This document shows positions 49,048 through 59,700 of a DNA stretch of 64,000 nt, piece by piece. Position 1 is the stretch's first letter. Every line of letters starts with the position of its first letter. This DNA comes from Squalus acanthias. Lineage: Eukaryota. Location of the stretch: the NCBI GenBank assembly GCA_030390025.1, contig CM059434.1, positions 15,128,001 to 15,192,000 of the forward strand, given 5' to 3'. The notes beneath the pieces were generated by a model. The model ran no database searches, was not told the DNA's origin, and was given only the letters and a program-made list of their open reading frames with translations. The translations under genes and the position numbers were made by a program.

Positions 49048-50407
49048 AATACTAGTGAACCAGTTGGGTTTTTATGACATTATTCTGGCAGCTTTCATGG
49101 TAAATTTCTGGTGCAAGCCACAAATGATTGGATTTACAGAATTTAGTTTCATAACTTTCCATGGTGGGATTTGAAGTCATGGACTCTGGGATGCTAGCCC
49201 AGTACCATAACCACTAGGGTACCAAAACTTACAGTCTGCTATGAAAACTAACTGGTTTAAAAGTGGAATGTCAGCCTTCATGAACAGGCGAATACCGCAC
49301 TGTGTCTCTTTGGTTGATTCCTTAATGAAATGGAATCATCTCTATTTCAAAGTGATGCATGCCCTAATCAATGCCAGCTGTAAAGTTAAAACTCATTCTG
49401 ATCAGAAGCTGACACTAATGACTGCAAAAAAAAAAGCAAAAATTGAAGTTTGGGCATCTTAACTTTTATAAATGCTTTGTAAAAAAGAGAATCCAACTGA
49501 ACACGAGCTTTTCTTGGTGTCCATAATGAACTGCTGCCGACGATGGGGATAAAAAGAATGGAAATAATCTTCTGAAATAAGGTTGTGGGGAGTGAAGAGA
49601 GAGAGAGAGAGAGAGAGAGAGCGTGAGAGAGCCTACACAACCAAAAAGGGGTTAAATTCTTAAAAGCACCGTGTTATCTATGAGTTGATGGTGAATTATT
49701 CAATTGCAAATGGGAGGTTGAATAAGTGAGGAGACATGTTATTTTCGTTCTTGGTGCAATTATTAACTGGACACCAAACAAATGTGGCTTGGTGCAGAAT
49801 TGTAACAAAAGCAAAACTTTGGAAGTTAGAACTATTTCAACAAAGACTTAAAGTTCCTTTGTCTATTTTAATATGAACAGATTAATGCATTTAATACAGC
49901 ATGATTTCAACCAAGTTTTGAAAAGGTGTAATTATGGTATTAAGTAAACACATCCATAATTGTAAATATTAGTAGTAAGAGGAAGGGTGGGGCCAATCAT
50001 TACCAGCCTAGAAGGCAAGCAGGTGGTCTGTTTCAAGTCTTCTGCCAAATACTAATATTAATGACTGGGACTTGGGTGTACAGGGCACAATTTCAAAATT
50101 TGCAGATGACACAAAATTTGGAAGTATAGTGAACAGTGAGGAGGATAGTGATAGACTTCAAGAGGACAGAGACAGGCTGGTGGAATGGGCGGACACGTGG
50201 CAGATGAAATTTAACGCAGAAAAGTGCGAAGTGATGTATTTTGGTAGGAAGAACGAGGAGAGGCAATATAAGCTAAAGGGTACAATCCTAAAGGGGGTGC
50301 ATGAACAAAGGAGATCTGGGGGTATATGTGCACAAATCGTTGAAGGTGGCAGAGCAGGTTGAGAAAGCGGTTAAAAAAAACTTACGGGATACTGGGCTTC
50401 ATAAGTA

Positions 50408-50653
50408 GACAAAAATGAGAAGTCGCACAACACCAGGTTATAGTCCAACAGATTTATTTAAAATTACAAGCTTTCGGAGCTATCGATTGCCCCTTCTTCA
50501 GGTAAAGTTACATTGTAACTTTACCTGAAGAAGGGGCGATCGATAGCTCCGAAAGCTTGTAATTTTAAATAAATCTGTTGGACTATAACCTGGTGTTGTG
50601 CGACTTCTCATTTTTGTCCACCCCAGTCCAACGCCGGCATCTCCACATCATGA
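50408..50653 (+). mobile_element. Penelope family B short fold-back (105 bp arms) with 3' extension
   Basis: 50408-50512 and 50514-50618 are inverted with one mismatch. The extension CACCCCAGTCCAACGCCGGCATCTCCACATCA matches that of the 31 kb element. Confidence 0.92.
50521..50562 (+). ncRNA. Minimal hammerhead ribozyme motif (mirror copy on minus at 50464-50505)
   Basis: UUAC-CUGAAGA-A-GGGGC-GAUCGAUA-GCUCC-GAAA-GCUU^GUAA. Stem I covaries with the 32059 copy. Confidence 0.78.
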
Positions 50654-53331
50654 GATAAGGCATAGAGTATAAAAGCAAGGAAGTTATGATGAACCTTTAT
50701 AAAACACTGGTTCGGCCTCAACTGGAGTATTATGTCCAATTCTTTAGGAAGGATGTGAAGGCCTTAGAGAGGGTGCAGAAAAGATTTACAAGAATGATTC
50801 CAAGGATGAGGGACTTCAGTTACGTGGATAGACTGGAAAAGCTGGGGTTGTTCTCCTTAGAGCAGAGAAGATGGAGAGGAGATTTGATAGAGGTGTTCAA
50901 AATCATGAGGGGTCTAGACAGAGTAGATAGCGAGAAACTGTTCCCATTGGCAGAAGGGTCGAGAACCAGAGGACACAGATTTAAGGTGATTGGCAGAAGA
51001 ACCAAAGGCGACATGAGGAAAAACGTTTTTACGCAGCGAGTGGTTAGGATCTGGAATGCACTGCCTGAAAGGGTGGTGGAGGCAGACTCAATCACGGCTT
51101 TCAAAAGGGAGCTGGATAAGTACCTGAAGGAAAAAAAATTGCAGGGCTACAGGGCAAGGGCAGGGGAGTGGGACTAGCTGAAGTGCTCTTGCAGAGAGCC
51201 GGCACGGGCTCGACGGGCCAAATGGCCTCCTTCCGTGCTGTAACCATTCTATGATTGCAAGAGTTTGTCTCAGGGTACCTGAATTCACCTTGTACAAGCT
51301 GTTGTCCCTGTATTTCTGGTTAAATGAGTGGACGACACATCATATAATCAGTGTAAAAGGTTTAACAAGTAACCTAATCCCTCTAAATTAGAACCACTTT
51401 TAAAGCATTTAGTTCATGGACAATAGGTAGTTTTAATTCATTAGCTTGGTGATTCTCTAACTGGTGAATTAAAGCATTTTGCTACAGTGATCACATGCAC
51501 TGAAGCTGAACACCAGCTTCAGATTTTTGTATAAATTTCAATATTTGCAGACGGTTACACTGTTTGGGATTTCATTAGAGAGGTGGAATGTTAGTAGTAC
51601 TTAAATGCTATATGGGTTGCTATTACCCTGAGCAATATTGGTCAGGAAGGTGCTAATACTTTTATATTAAGTTCACTTGCCCACTATTTCAATGATGGCT
51701 CATTAAAATTGACAGAAAAAAAATGAATATTAATATGGCATTGTAGGATTTCAACCCAATGTTATAAAAACATGTAATTATGGTACAGGTTATTATGCAT
51801 TAAGTAAATATCCATAATTTTAATTATCAAGGTCTGTGCGTCAGGGTAACTGAGATCTTTCTATTCACTTCAACTTGTGCAAGTTCTGTGCCCAGATTTC
51901 TGGTTAAATGAGTGGACAGCATATCAGATAACCAGTGTAAAAAGTTTAACAAGTAACCTATTGCCTCTACATAAAAGTATTTAAACCTCGATCTTTGGCT
52001 GGAACTACTTCAATGCTGAATCACACGGAGCAACATCTGCTGCATGTGCTTACGGCAGAGATATCTTAAGTATCATGTTAAACAGGAGACCTAAAAATGG
52101 TTGACATGTTTAAATTAGCCAGATGATTTATCGCACCAAAAAGAAAAGTACTTGAACTCCCCTGAGCTAACATGATTAAATATTCTTCATCAGGTTTCTG
52201 TGGTTTTTATTGATTCAGACTAACTCACTTAACATCCAGCAAGAACTATTTTGAGTCTGTGCAATGCAAGTGCCCTTGCGATGTCATAGATTCCATTTGA
52301 CTAGATGATGGAGATGCATGGAAAGTGAATCAGTCATGATATTTTATTCATTTACCAGGGGGGTTAGGAGAAGCAAAGAGTTTTGCCATGCACCATGCAT
52401 AACAAAATCAAAAAGCCATTTGTAAGAAGGGATTTACGGCTTTGTCATGCATGAGAGAGGGGGAAATTCTCCCTCCACTTCCCCTTGAGAATTTCCTGAT
52501 GAATTTGGATCAAGAATCAGCTGAAGCAAAGAAAGCAAAAGGCGGGAGTGTGTGGAGCCGATCTGGCATAAAAGGGAGGTAATTCATTAGTGGGGTGCTA
52601 CAGGAATTAGTACTGGGGCCATTGTGGTTTACAATGTGCATATATACTTGGAAATGGGAACAGAAGCAAAACTCTCCAGGTTTGCAGATACCACCAAACT
52701 GGGGGGGGATTGCACGCAGCGGTGAACAGGCTGATCACCCACAGAAGGACCTGGATATAATGGGGACCTGGACGGATGAGTGGCAAATGTCATTTAATGC
52801 GGACAAAGGCCAAATCATGAGATTGGGAATGAAAGAACGAACTTGCATTTATATAGCACCTTTCACACCCTCAAGACATCCTTTACAGCCAATGAAGTCC
52901 TTTTTGAACTGCAGTCACTGTTGTAATGTAGGAAACACAGCAGCCAATCTGCACACAGCAAGCTCCCACAAACAGCAATGTGATAATGATCAGACAATTT
53001 TTTTTTTTTAAAGTGACATTGATTGAGGGATAAAGATTGGCTAATAACAGCCCTATTGTTGTAAAACAGCACATCCTCAGAGCCAATCTGATACCTGTCT
53101 ATATCTATAGGTACACAGCCTTTAGATTTCAGTTTTCAAAACAAATGCCCAGATACCTCTTGCAAGTTTTCACTCAAGAATTGGACAGCATTACCAGTCT
53201 GTGCTCTTTCATGATCTTGACACTCTTTCAGCCGCACGTAGGAGGTAGCCAGTTGTGGTCTGTAGTGTTTACCTTCAGCTCTTCTCCAGTAAACCATCAA
53301 AATAAATAAAACTAGGAGTTTTTATTTGCTC

Positions 53332-53362
<31 letters not shown>

Positions 53363-53559
53363 CACCACCACCATTCATAATATTACACAGTTAAAATGCA
53401 TAGACTTTCAAGGTATAACCAGATCAAAGGAGGTAAAATGTAACCAAACCTATGGACCACAAACTTAAATGTTTACATCCAATCTTAAAAAAAATACCAC
53501 CACAGGAGAGATTAGACAAAAAAAAAAAATCAAGCCAGTGGATTTTTGCTTGGGCCATG

Positions 53560-54156
53560 TGAAGAAAGCCTTGCATTTCTATAGCGCCTTTCATGACCTC
53601 AGGAAGTCCCAAAGCGCTTTACAGCCAATGAAGTACTTTTGAAGTGTAGTCACTGTTGTAATGTCGGAAACATTGCAACAGCAATGAGAATGACCAAATA
53701 ATCTGTTGAGGGGTAAATATAGGTCAGGACACTGGGAAGAACCTCCTCGCTCTTCTACAAAATAGTGCCACGGGAACCTTTATATCCACTTGAGGGGGTA
53801 GACGCAGCCTCGGTTTAATGTCTCACCCGTAAGACGGCATCTCCGACAGTGCAGCGCACTCTCCGTACGGCACCTCCGACAGTGCAGCGCACTCTCAGTA
53901 CGGCACCTCCGACAGTGCAGCGCACTCTCAGTACGGCACCTCCGACAATGCAGTGCACTCTCAGTATGGTACCTCCGACAGTGTAGCGCACTCTCAGTAT
54001 GGTACCTCCGACAGTGTAGCGCACTCTCAGTACGGCACCTCAGACAGTGCAGCGCATGCTCAGTATGGCACCTCCGACAGTGCAGCGCTCCCTCAGTACT
54101 GCACGGAGGCGTCAGCCTAGGGGAGTGGGACTTGAACCCACAACCCTCTGACTCAA
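53560..54156 (-). mobile_element. DeuSINE (SacSINE1-like) with internal tandem amplification
   Basis: Colinear with the copies at 23385-23882 and 58995-59472 except for the repeat array. Confidence 0.8.
53834..54097. repeat. Minisatellite, 8 x 33 bp
   Basis: Unit ACGGCACCTCCGACAGTGCAGCGCACTCTCAGT, head to tail, with no spacers. Confidence 0.95.
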
Positions 54157-57100
54157 AAGGCCGACACCATTTTTGTTGCCACAAGTAGAAAATATATTTA
54201 GTGAATAATTTAGATTCCAGTGTAATTAGCTGCAGGCATTACCCATCCAGAAACAGCTAGATCATTGCTGATTTGAAACTGATGTCTTTAATTCAGCTGC
54301 AGAGCCTCGCTGCGTCCGTAACTCATACTTGATATTGTGACTGGATTCACGTATCCTTTCACAACCGGAGTTACAGACACTCCTATTTAACAGTTGGGTT
54401 GTGTGTGTCAGTTTACCGTAGAAGCAACGAATCATCTGACATTTGAGCAAAGGGGCAGATCATCTTTCATGCTCGTTTCAATGACAGGGGAGGCCAGATC
54501 CTCATCATTTCTTCGCGGCAGCCGCGTGCAACATCAGTGAGAATTTCAGTCACATGTCCAATCATCAGAACATAGGAATTGCGAGACCAAAAAAACACCC
54601 ACCACGGTCCACCTAGTTCATCTTCTATCATCCGGGTAGTCGCACGATACAAGGATAATGGAGCTGCTGACTAATCGTAGCAATCAATCTCGATCAATTA
54701 CTCTACAGCAGATCTGGACATGAGGCGCGGAAAACCCATCCCAGTGGTGGAGTGCTTTGGGAACTATAGGTCCAAAGTCACTTGTTTCCGCCCAAGCGGG
54801 CTACATTCATCACATGTCATGTCATGTCTCAAATTACTCACAGTATCCCAAAATATTATTTTCTGAAAGAAATCTATCTACTTTAATTCCAAGAGTGTTA
54901 GTGATGCCCTCAATTTTGAGGAAGAATTCCCTTTTGTTCAGAAAACGCACATACACCAAGTGACAGAACTCAAAACATCCGAGTGCTGAAAATACACAAA
55001 TTAATCAGCAATAGAAAGACGACAACAGGTTAACTTGGGCCTTCGATATTAATGAAGAGGACCCAACCCAAAATTGGAACCCACCTTCTTCTCCAGATGC
55101 TGAGCGGCCGGGTGTGCATCTCTCGGCTTTTATTTCAAACACTACATACAGGAGCAGACAACACAATGGTGGGTGCCTGGTCCTCGTATAGCCAAGAATG
55201 GAGGCCTAAGGTCATCAATGCACCCAGCACTTGCCAATGTGGGCAGAGAGAGCGAGAGAGAGAGAGAGAGAGAGAGAGTTGGGAGCTGGTATCCATTAGT
55301 TGAAGGTACCCGCTCCAACTGCTGTGTATTAAACGATCCCCGACTTGGACGTAAATTGGGCCAGGCACCCCATAATGCAGCTGGATTTCCCCCGAGCAGT
55401 GCTCCAGCTACACAGGGCCCACTGGCGACAGGCACTGAAGGGGCGGCCACCATTTAAAAAAAAAATCCAATACTGCCTTCTAGCGCGCAATACCCAGTCA
55501 CCGCTGGACATTACGAGCGATGCACTTGGAACGCCGGATAATTTTGCAAAATGCACTGGTCTCCTGAGGTTGTTTCATTTGTGCTCAAGCACAGAGCCAG
55601 CCTGGTGTCACGGAGTGTGGGACATATTATCTGCCCCACTCTCTTACACAGGCTTATTTTTAGTTCTCCCACCTGTAACATGGAGAGGTGTGGGCTTATC
55701 CGTGCCGAAATATTCCCCTTACTTTTGTGCGAATCCAGCCTCCATTACAGTGCTGGTGCATTTCAAAGACTGCCTTCCTACCTCAAAATCAAGAGTTCTT
55801 TTCCCCCGGTTTGATCTTGGTCTATATCTGGTACCCATCACCGCATCTCCCCACGTCACCTCTCACGACCAGCATCGCGAGACCCTGGCCTGTAAAGTAG
55901 GCTTCAATTGATTTATCTCCTGGGCTTGTTTTCGCTTGCCTAAGAAGAATTTCGCAGATATTGTTTCTCCCCCCACATTGGCCTGGGTTTTTAATCTGGT
56001 TTTTTTTTGCCTCTCCCGGATAATCACATGGTTTTCCGGTGGGATGGGGAGTGTACTTATTGTGATGCTCAAGGTATCACAATTTTGTAGGGCAGGCTGG
56101 GTGGACCAGAGGGTCTCTTTTCCTGTCCATCATTTTTCATATGTTTCGTCTCCCAACGGCTTCTCAGTCTAACTAGTTACTCGTACAAGTGAACCCCTGT
56201 GTTTAAAGGTGGACGATCGTGTGTGCACCCAGCATCTGCTACATCTGAGCTTGCGGCTCAATGTCAGTGAGGATTGCCCGATGCACGTCGCAAGGTGAGC
56301 CACCTCACTCACCACGGCTCGGTTTACTGTGCGCAAGATTGGCTGCCGCGTTTCCCACACTGCAACAGTGACTCCACTTCAAAAGTACTTCATTGGCTTT
56401 AAAGCGCTTGGAGACGTCCGGTGGTCGTGAAAGGCGCTATAGAAATGCAAGTCTGTCTTTATAATGTGCGCACTCTGCCATGTCACATGCACCCTACTGA
56501 GCTCCGTGGGAGTGGAGGTCTTTGAGGTAGGCGCTGTGCTAAAGCTCTGATGTCGTACGAATGTGTTGTTAACGGTGATTGTGCAACATCTTTCTTTCAG
56601 CCTCAAATAATCAGCAGCGCCAAATCGTTTCTCCTCAAAAAGGTGTCGATTTAATGGTTGATTGAAATAACCTAGAGCTGAGCTACGCCATCTAATTTCC
56701 TATCCTTTCTTTGCTCAGCCCTCTGAAATCTAGGTGTGGTACAAACTTATTCAGCTTCTTAGGTGTAAAGCGGAGTGAGAGTTCTGCATGATCAGTCAAA
56801 CGCCATTGCTCTATTCAGCACAAAATTCACTGGGTTGTTTGCCAGTTCAAAAGTTGGAGGGCGACACCTGTTAAGAGTCATAACGGCACAGAAGGAGGCC
56901 ATTCGGCCCATGCCGGCTCTCTGTAGCGCAATCCAGTCAGTCCCATTTCCCCGCTCTATCCCCGTAGCCCTGCAAGTTTATTTCCCTCAAGTGCCTATCC
57001 AGTTTCCCCTTGAAAACATCGAGTGTCTCCGCTTCCACCACTTCCGTCGGCAGCAAGTTCCAGGTCATCACCACTCGCTGTGTAAAAAAGTTTTTCCTCA

Positions 57101-57481
57101 CATCCCCCGTGTATCTCTTGCCCAAAACCTTAAATCTGTGTCCCCTAGTCCTTGTACCATCAACTAGTGGGAACAGACTTTCCCCGTCTAGCCTATCCAA
57201 ACCAGTCATAATCTTGTACACCTCTATCAAGTCACCCCTCAACCTCCTTTGCTCTGATGAAAACAAATCCAGCTTCACCAACCTGTCCTTGTAGCTAAGA
57301 TCCCCCATCCCCGGAACCATTCTGGTCAATGTCCTCTGCACCCTCTCAAGGGCCTTCACATCCTTCCTAAAGTGTGGTGACCAGAACTGGATGCAATATT
57401 CCAGTTGTGGCTTAACCAGCGCTTTATATAAAGGTTCAGCATAACTTCTCTACTTTTGTACTCAATACCTCTATTTATGAA

Positions 57482-57608
57482 TGATGCGGAGATGCCGGTG
57501 TTGGACTGGGGTGGACAAAAGTGAGAAGTCGCACAACACCAGGTTATAGTCCAACAGCTTTATTTGAAATCACAAGCTTTCGGAGCGCTGCTCCTTCGTC
57601 AGGTGAAG
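57482..57608 (-). mobile_element. Penelope family B solo terminus (127 bp)
   Basis: Matches 32056-32184 in reverse. 14 bp TSD CCTCTATTTATGAA (57468-57481 / 57609-57622). Confidence 0.92.
57570..57606 (-). ncRNA. Minimal hammerhead ribozyme motif, sense to ANO1
   Basis: UCAC-CUGACGA-A-GGAGC-AGC-GCUCC-GAAA-GCUU^GUGA on the minus strand. Confidence 0.78.
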
Positions 57609-58994
57609 CCTCTATTTATGAAGCCCAAGATCCCATATGCTTTGCTAACCACTCTCTCAATATGTCCTGCCACCTTCAGGGACCTATACACATTAACTCC
57701 CTCTGTCCCTGCACACTCTTTAAAACTGTGCCATTAAGTGTATATTGCCTCTCCCTGTTCCTTCTGCCAAAATGCATCACCTCACACTTCTCTGTATTAA
57801 ATGCCATCTGCCACTTGTCTGCCCATTCTGCTAGCCTATCTATGTCCTGTTGCAGTCAATTGGAATCATCCTCACTGTTTGCCATACCCTCAAGTTTGGT
57901 GTCATTGGCAAATTTAGAAATTCTACTCTGTATTCCAATATCCAGGTCATTTATATACATCAAACAAAGCAGTGGCCCCAGCACTGACCCTTGGGGAATA
58001 CCACTGTCTAGCATCCTCCAGTCTGAAAAACAGCCATTTACCACAACTCGCTGTTTACTATCCTTAAGCCAATTCCTTATCCAAGCTGCCACTGACCCAC
58101 CTATTCCATGAGCCTCAATTTTATTAACCAGCCTTCTATGTGGTACTTTGTCAAACGCCTTCCTAAAATCCATGTAGACAACATCCATTGCATTCCCTTC
58201 ATCAATCCTCCCTGTTAAAGTTCTTTAAAAATGAACATTTCATGCAACTCATTATGCTTCTAGAATTCTAGACTTTGCATACTGAAGGCAAACAAAAAAT
58301 GGACAGACAGTGCTCTGAAAGCTAGTTTGAATAAGTCTATTATGACAGCAGGCTAATGCTCGGAGCATTAGTTCCATCCATCTTCTGCCTCTCGCTCATG
58401 GAATCTTAATGTAACTGAACATTACATTATTCTGCCAATATTTTTCAAGTTAATGGAAACAACATACCGAGCTTAATATTTTACCGGAGCATTTTTTTAA
58501 TGTAGTTGGGAGGGGGCGGTGCTAAAGAGACATTTTTGTGCGGTTAAATTATCAATGGCTTCAAGTAACAAACCCAGCTCTCATTCCATGGGTTTGTCAT
58601 AAAAATCTCACCCATTTAAACTGACTATTTAACACTTGACACATTTAAGTGTCATGATTAGTATTATATATTGAACAAGTTGTATATTTCTGATGTAATT
58701 TGAAACATGTTTTTTTATATCCTATTGTAGCCCTTTCTAATTTTGCTGGCCCATTATTATTATTATTATTATTTTTTTTTTTTGCAGTGCTTTTATTTTC
58801 TTTATAAATTGTTGCAATTATTTAACAAATTTTGAATCCTTCTTCCCTGCTGCGTACCAAGACCCAAATGATTAGACGCACATCCAGAGCAGGTTAAAAG
58901 GATCCTGAAAGAAATGCGACAGCACTTAAAAAGGAACTTGAATTAAAAAACCTTGCCTGGACTTGACTTTGGATCATTCACGATGTCAGTAAAA

Positions 58995-59472
58995 GGAAAA
59001 AAAATAAAGGATTTGTATTTCTATAGCGCCTTTCATGACCTCAAGATGTCCCAAAGTGCTTTACAGCCAATGAAGTACTTTTTGAAGTGTGGTCACTGTT
59101 GTAATGTAGGAAACGCGGCAGCCAATGTGCGCACAGCAAGTTCCCACAAACAGCAATGTGATAATGATCAGATAATCTGTTTTAGTGATGTTGAGCGAGG
59201 GATAAATATTGGACAGGGACTCCAGGGAGATCTCCCCAGATCTTCAAAATAGTGGGCATGGGATCTTTCACGTCCACCTGAGGGGGGGGGCGCAGACGGG
59301 GCCTCGGTTTAACGTCTCATCCAAAAGACGGCACCTCCGACAGTGCAGCACTCCCTCAGCACTGCACTGGGAGTATCAGCTTAGATTTTTGTGCTCAAGT
59401 CTCTGGGAGTGGGACTTGAACCCACGACCTTCTGACTCGAGGCTAAAGTGTTACCCACCGAGCCACGGCTGA
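58995..59472 (-). mobile_element. DeuSINE (SacSINE1-like), near full length
   Basis: Head AGCCGTGGCTCGGTGGGTAAC…GGTTCAAGTCC (A/B boxes), Deu-like core and L2-type tail. Confidence 0.8.
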
Positions 59473-59598
59473 AACTCAGTAGTATAACATAGTACAATAT
59501 CTATTAGTTTGTTGAATACTCTGAAAACTGAATGTCTATTCCCTTGCTATTTGTGGGGTTTCTATCTCCTTTCCGATATCAACCTTGCTGAATAGGAA

Positions 59599-59700
59599 AT
59601 AACAACAGAAAACGCTGGAAAAACTCAGCAGGCCAGGCAGCATCCGTGGAGAGAGAAAGAGAGTTGACGTTTCAGGTCGATGACCTTTCATCAGAACAGG
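59599..59700 (-). mobile_element. Penelope family A solo terminus
   Basis: Reverse match to 5690-5785. 10 bp TSD TGAATAGGAA (59589-59598 / 59701-59710). Confidence 0.85.
59663..59697 (-). ncRNA. Minimal hammerhead ribozyme motif (family A), sense to ANO1
   Basis: GUU-CUGAUGA-A-AGGUC-AUC-GACCU-GAAA-CGUC^AAC: canonical core and GUC cleavage triplet, but stem I is only 3 bp. Confidence 0.7.

Larger units (their letters stand above)
50055..51257 (+). mobile_element. CR1 LINE 3' part interrupted by a Penelope palindrome
   Basis: [11 protein letters not shown]…LGFISR | GIEYKSKEVMMNLYKTLVRPQLEY…AGEWD plus tail. Confidence 0.92.
56875..58215 (-). mobile_element. CR1 LINE 3' part interrupted by a Penelope terminus
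   Basis: [17 protein letters not shown]…[10 protein letters not shown]…KFANDTK and KALERVQR…GDRAGKWD. Confidence 0.92.

Noticed and set aside
53780-54184. ORF with TESALHCRRCR repeats, or a CRISPR-like array
   Set aside because: It is a by-product of a 33 bp (11-codon) tandem repeat inside a SINE. There are no unique spacers and no cas genes, and the context is eukaryotic.
54980-55140. Possible fourth, old Penelope fold-back
   Set aside because: Only a faint resemblance (CCAGATGCTG…). The arms and ribozyme core are too decayed to support a call.
55345-55911. 188 aa ORF in the ANO1 intron
   Set aside because: No recognisable domain, and it overlaps a GC-rich MITE-like segment. Likely a chance ORF.
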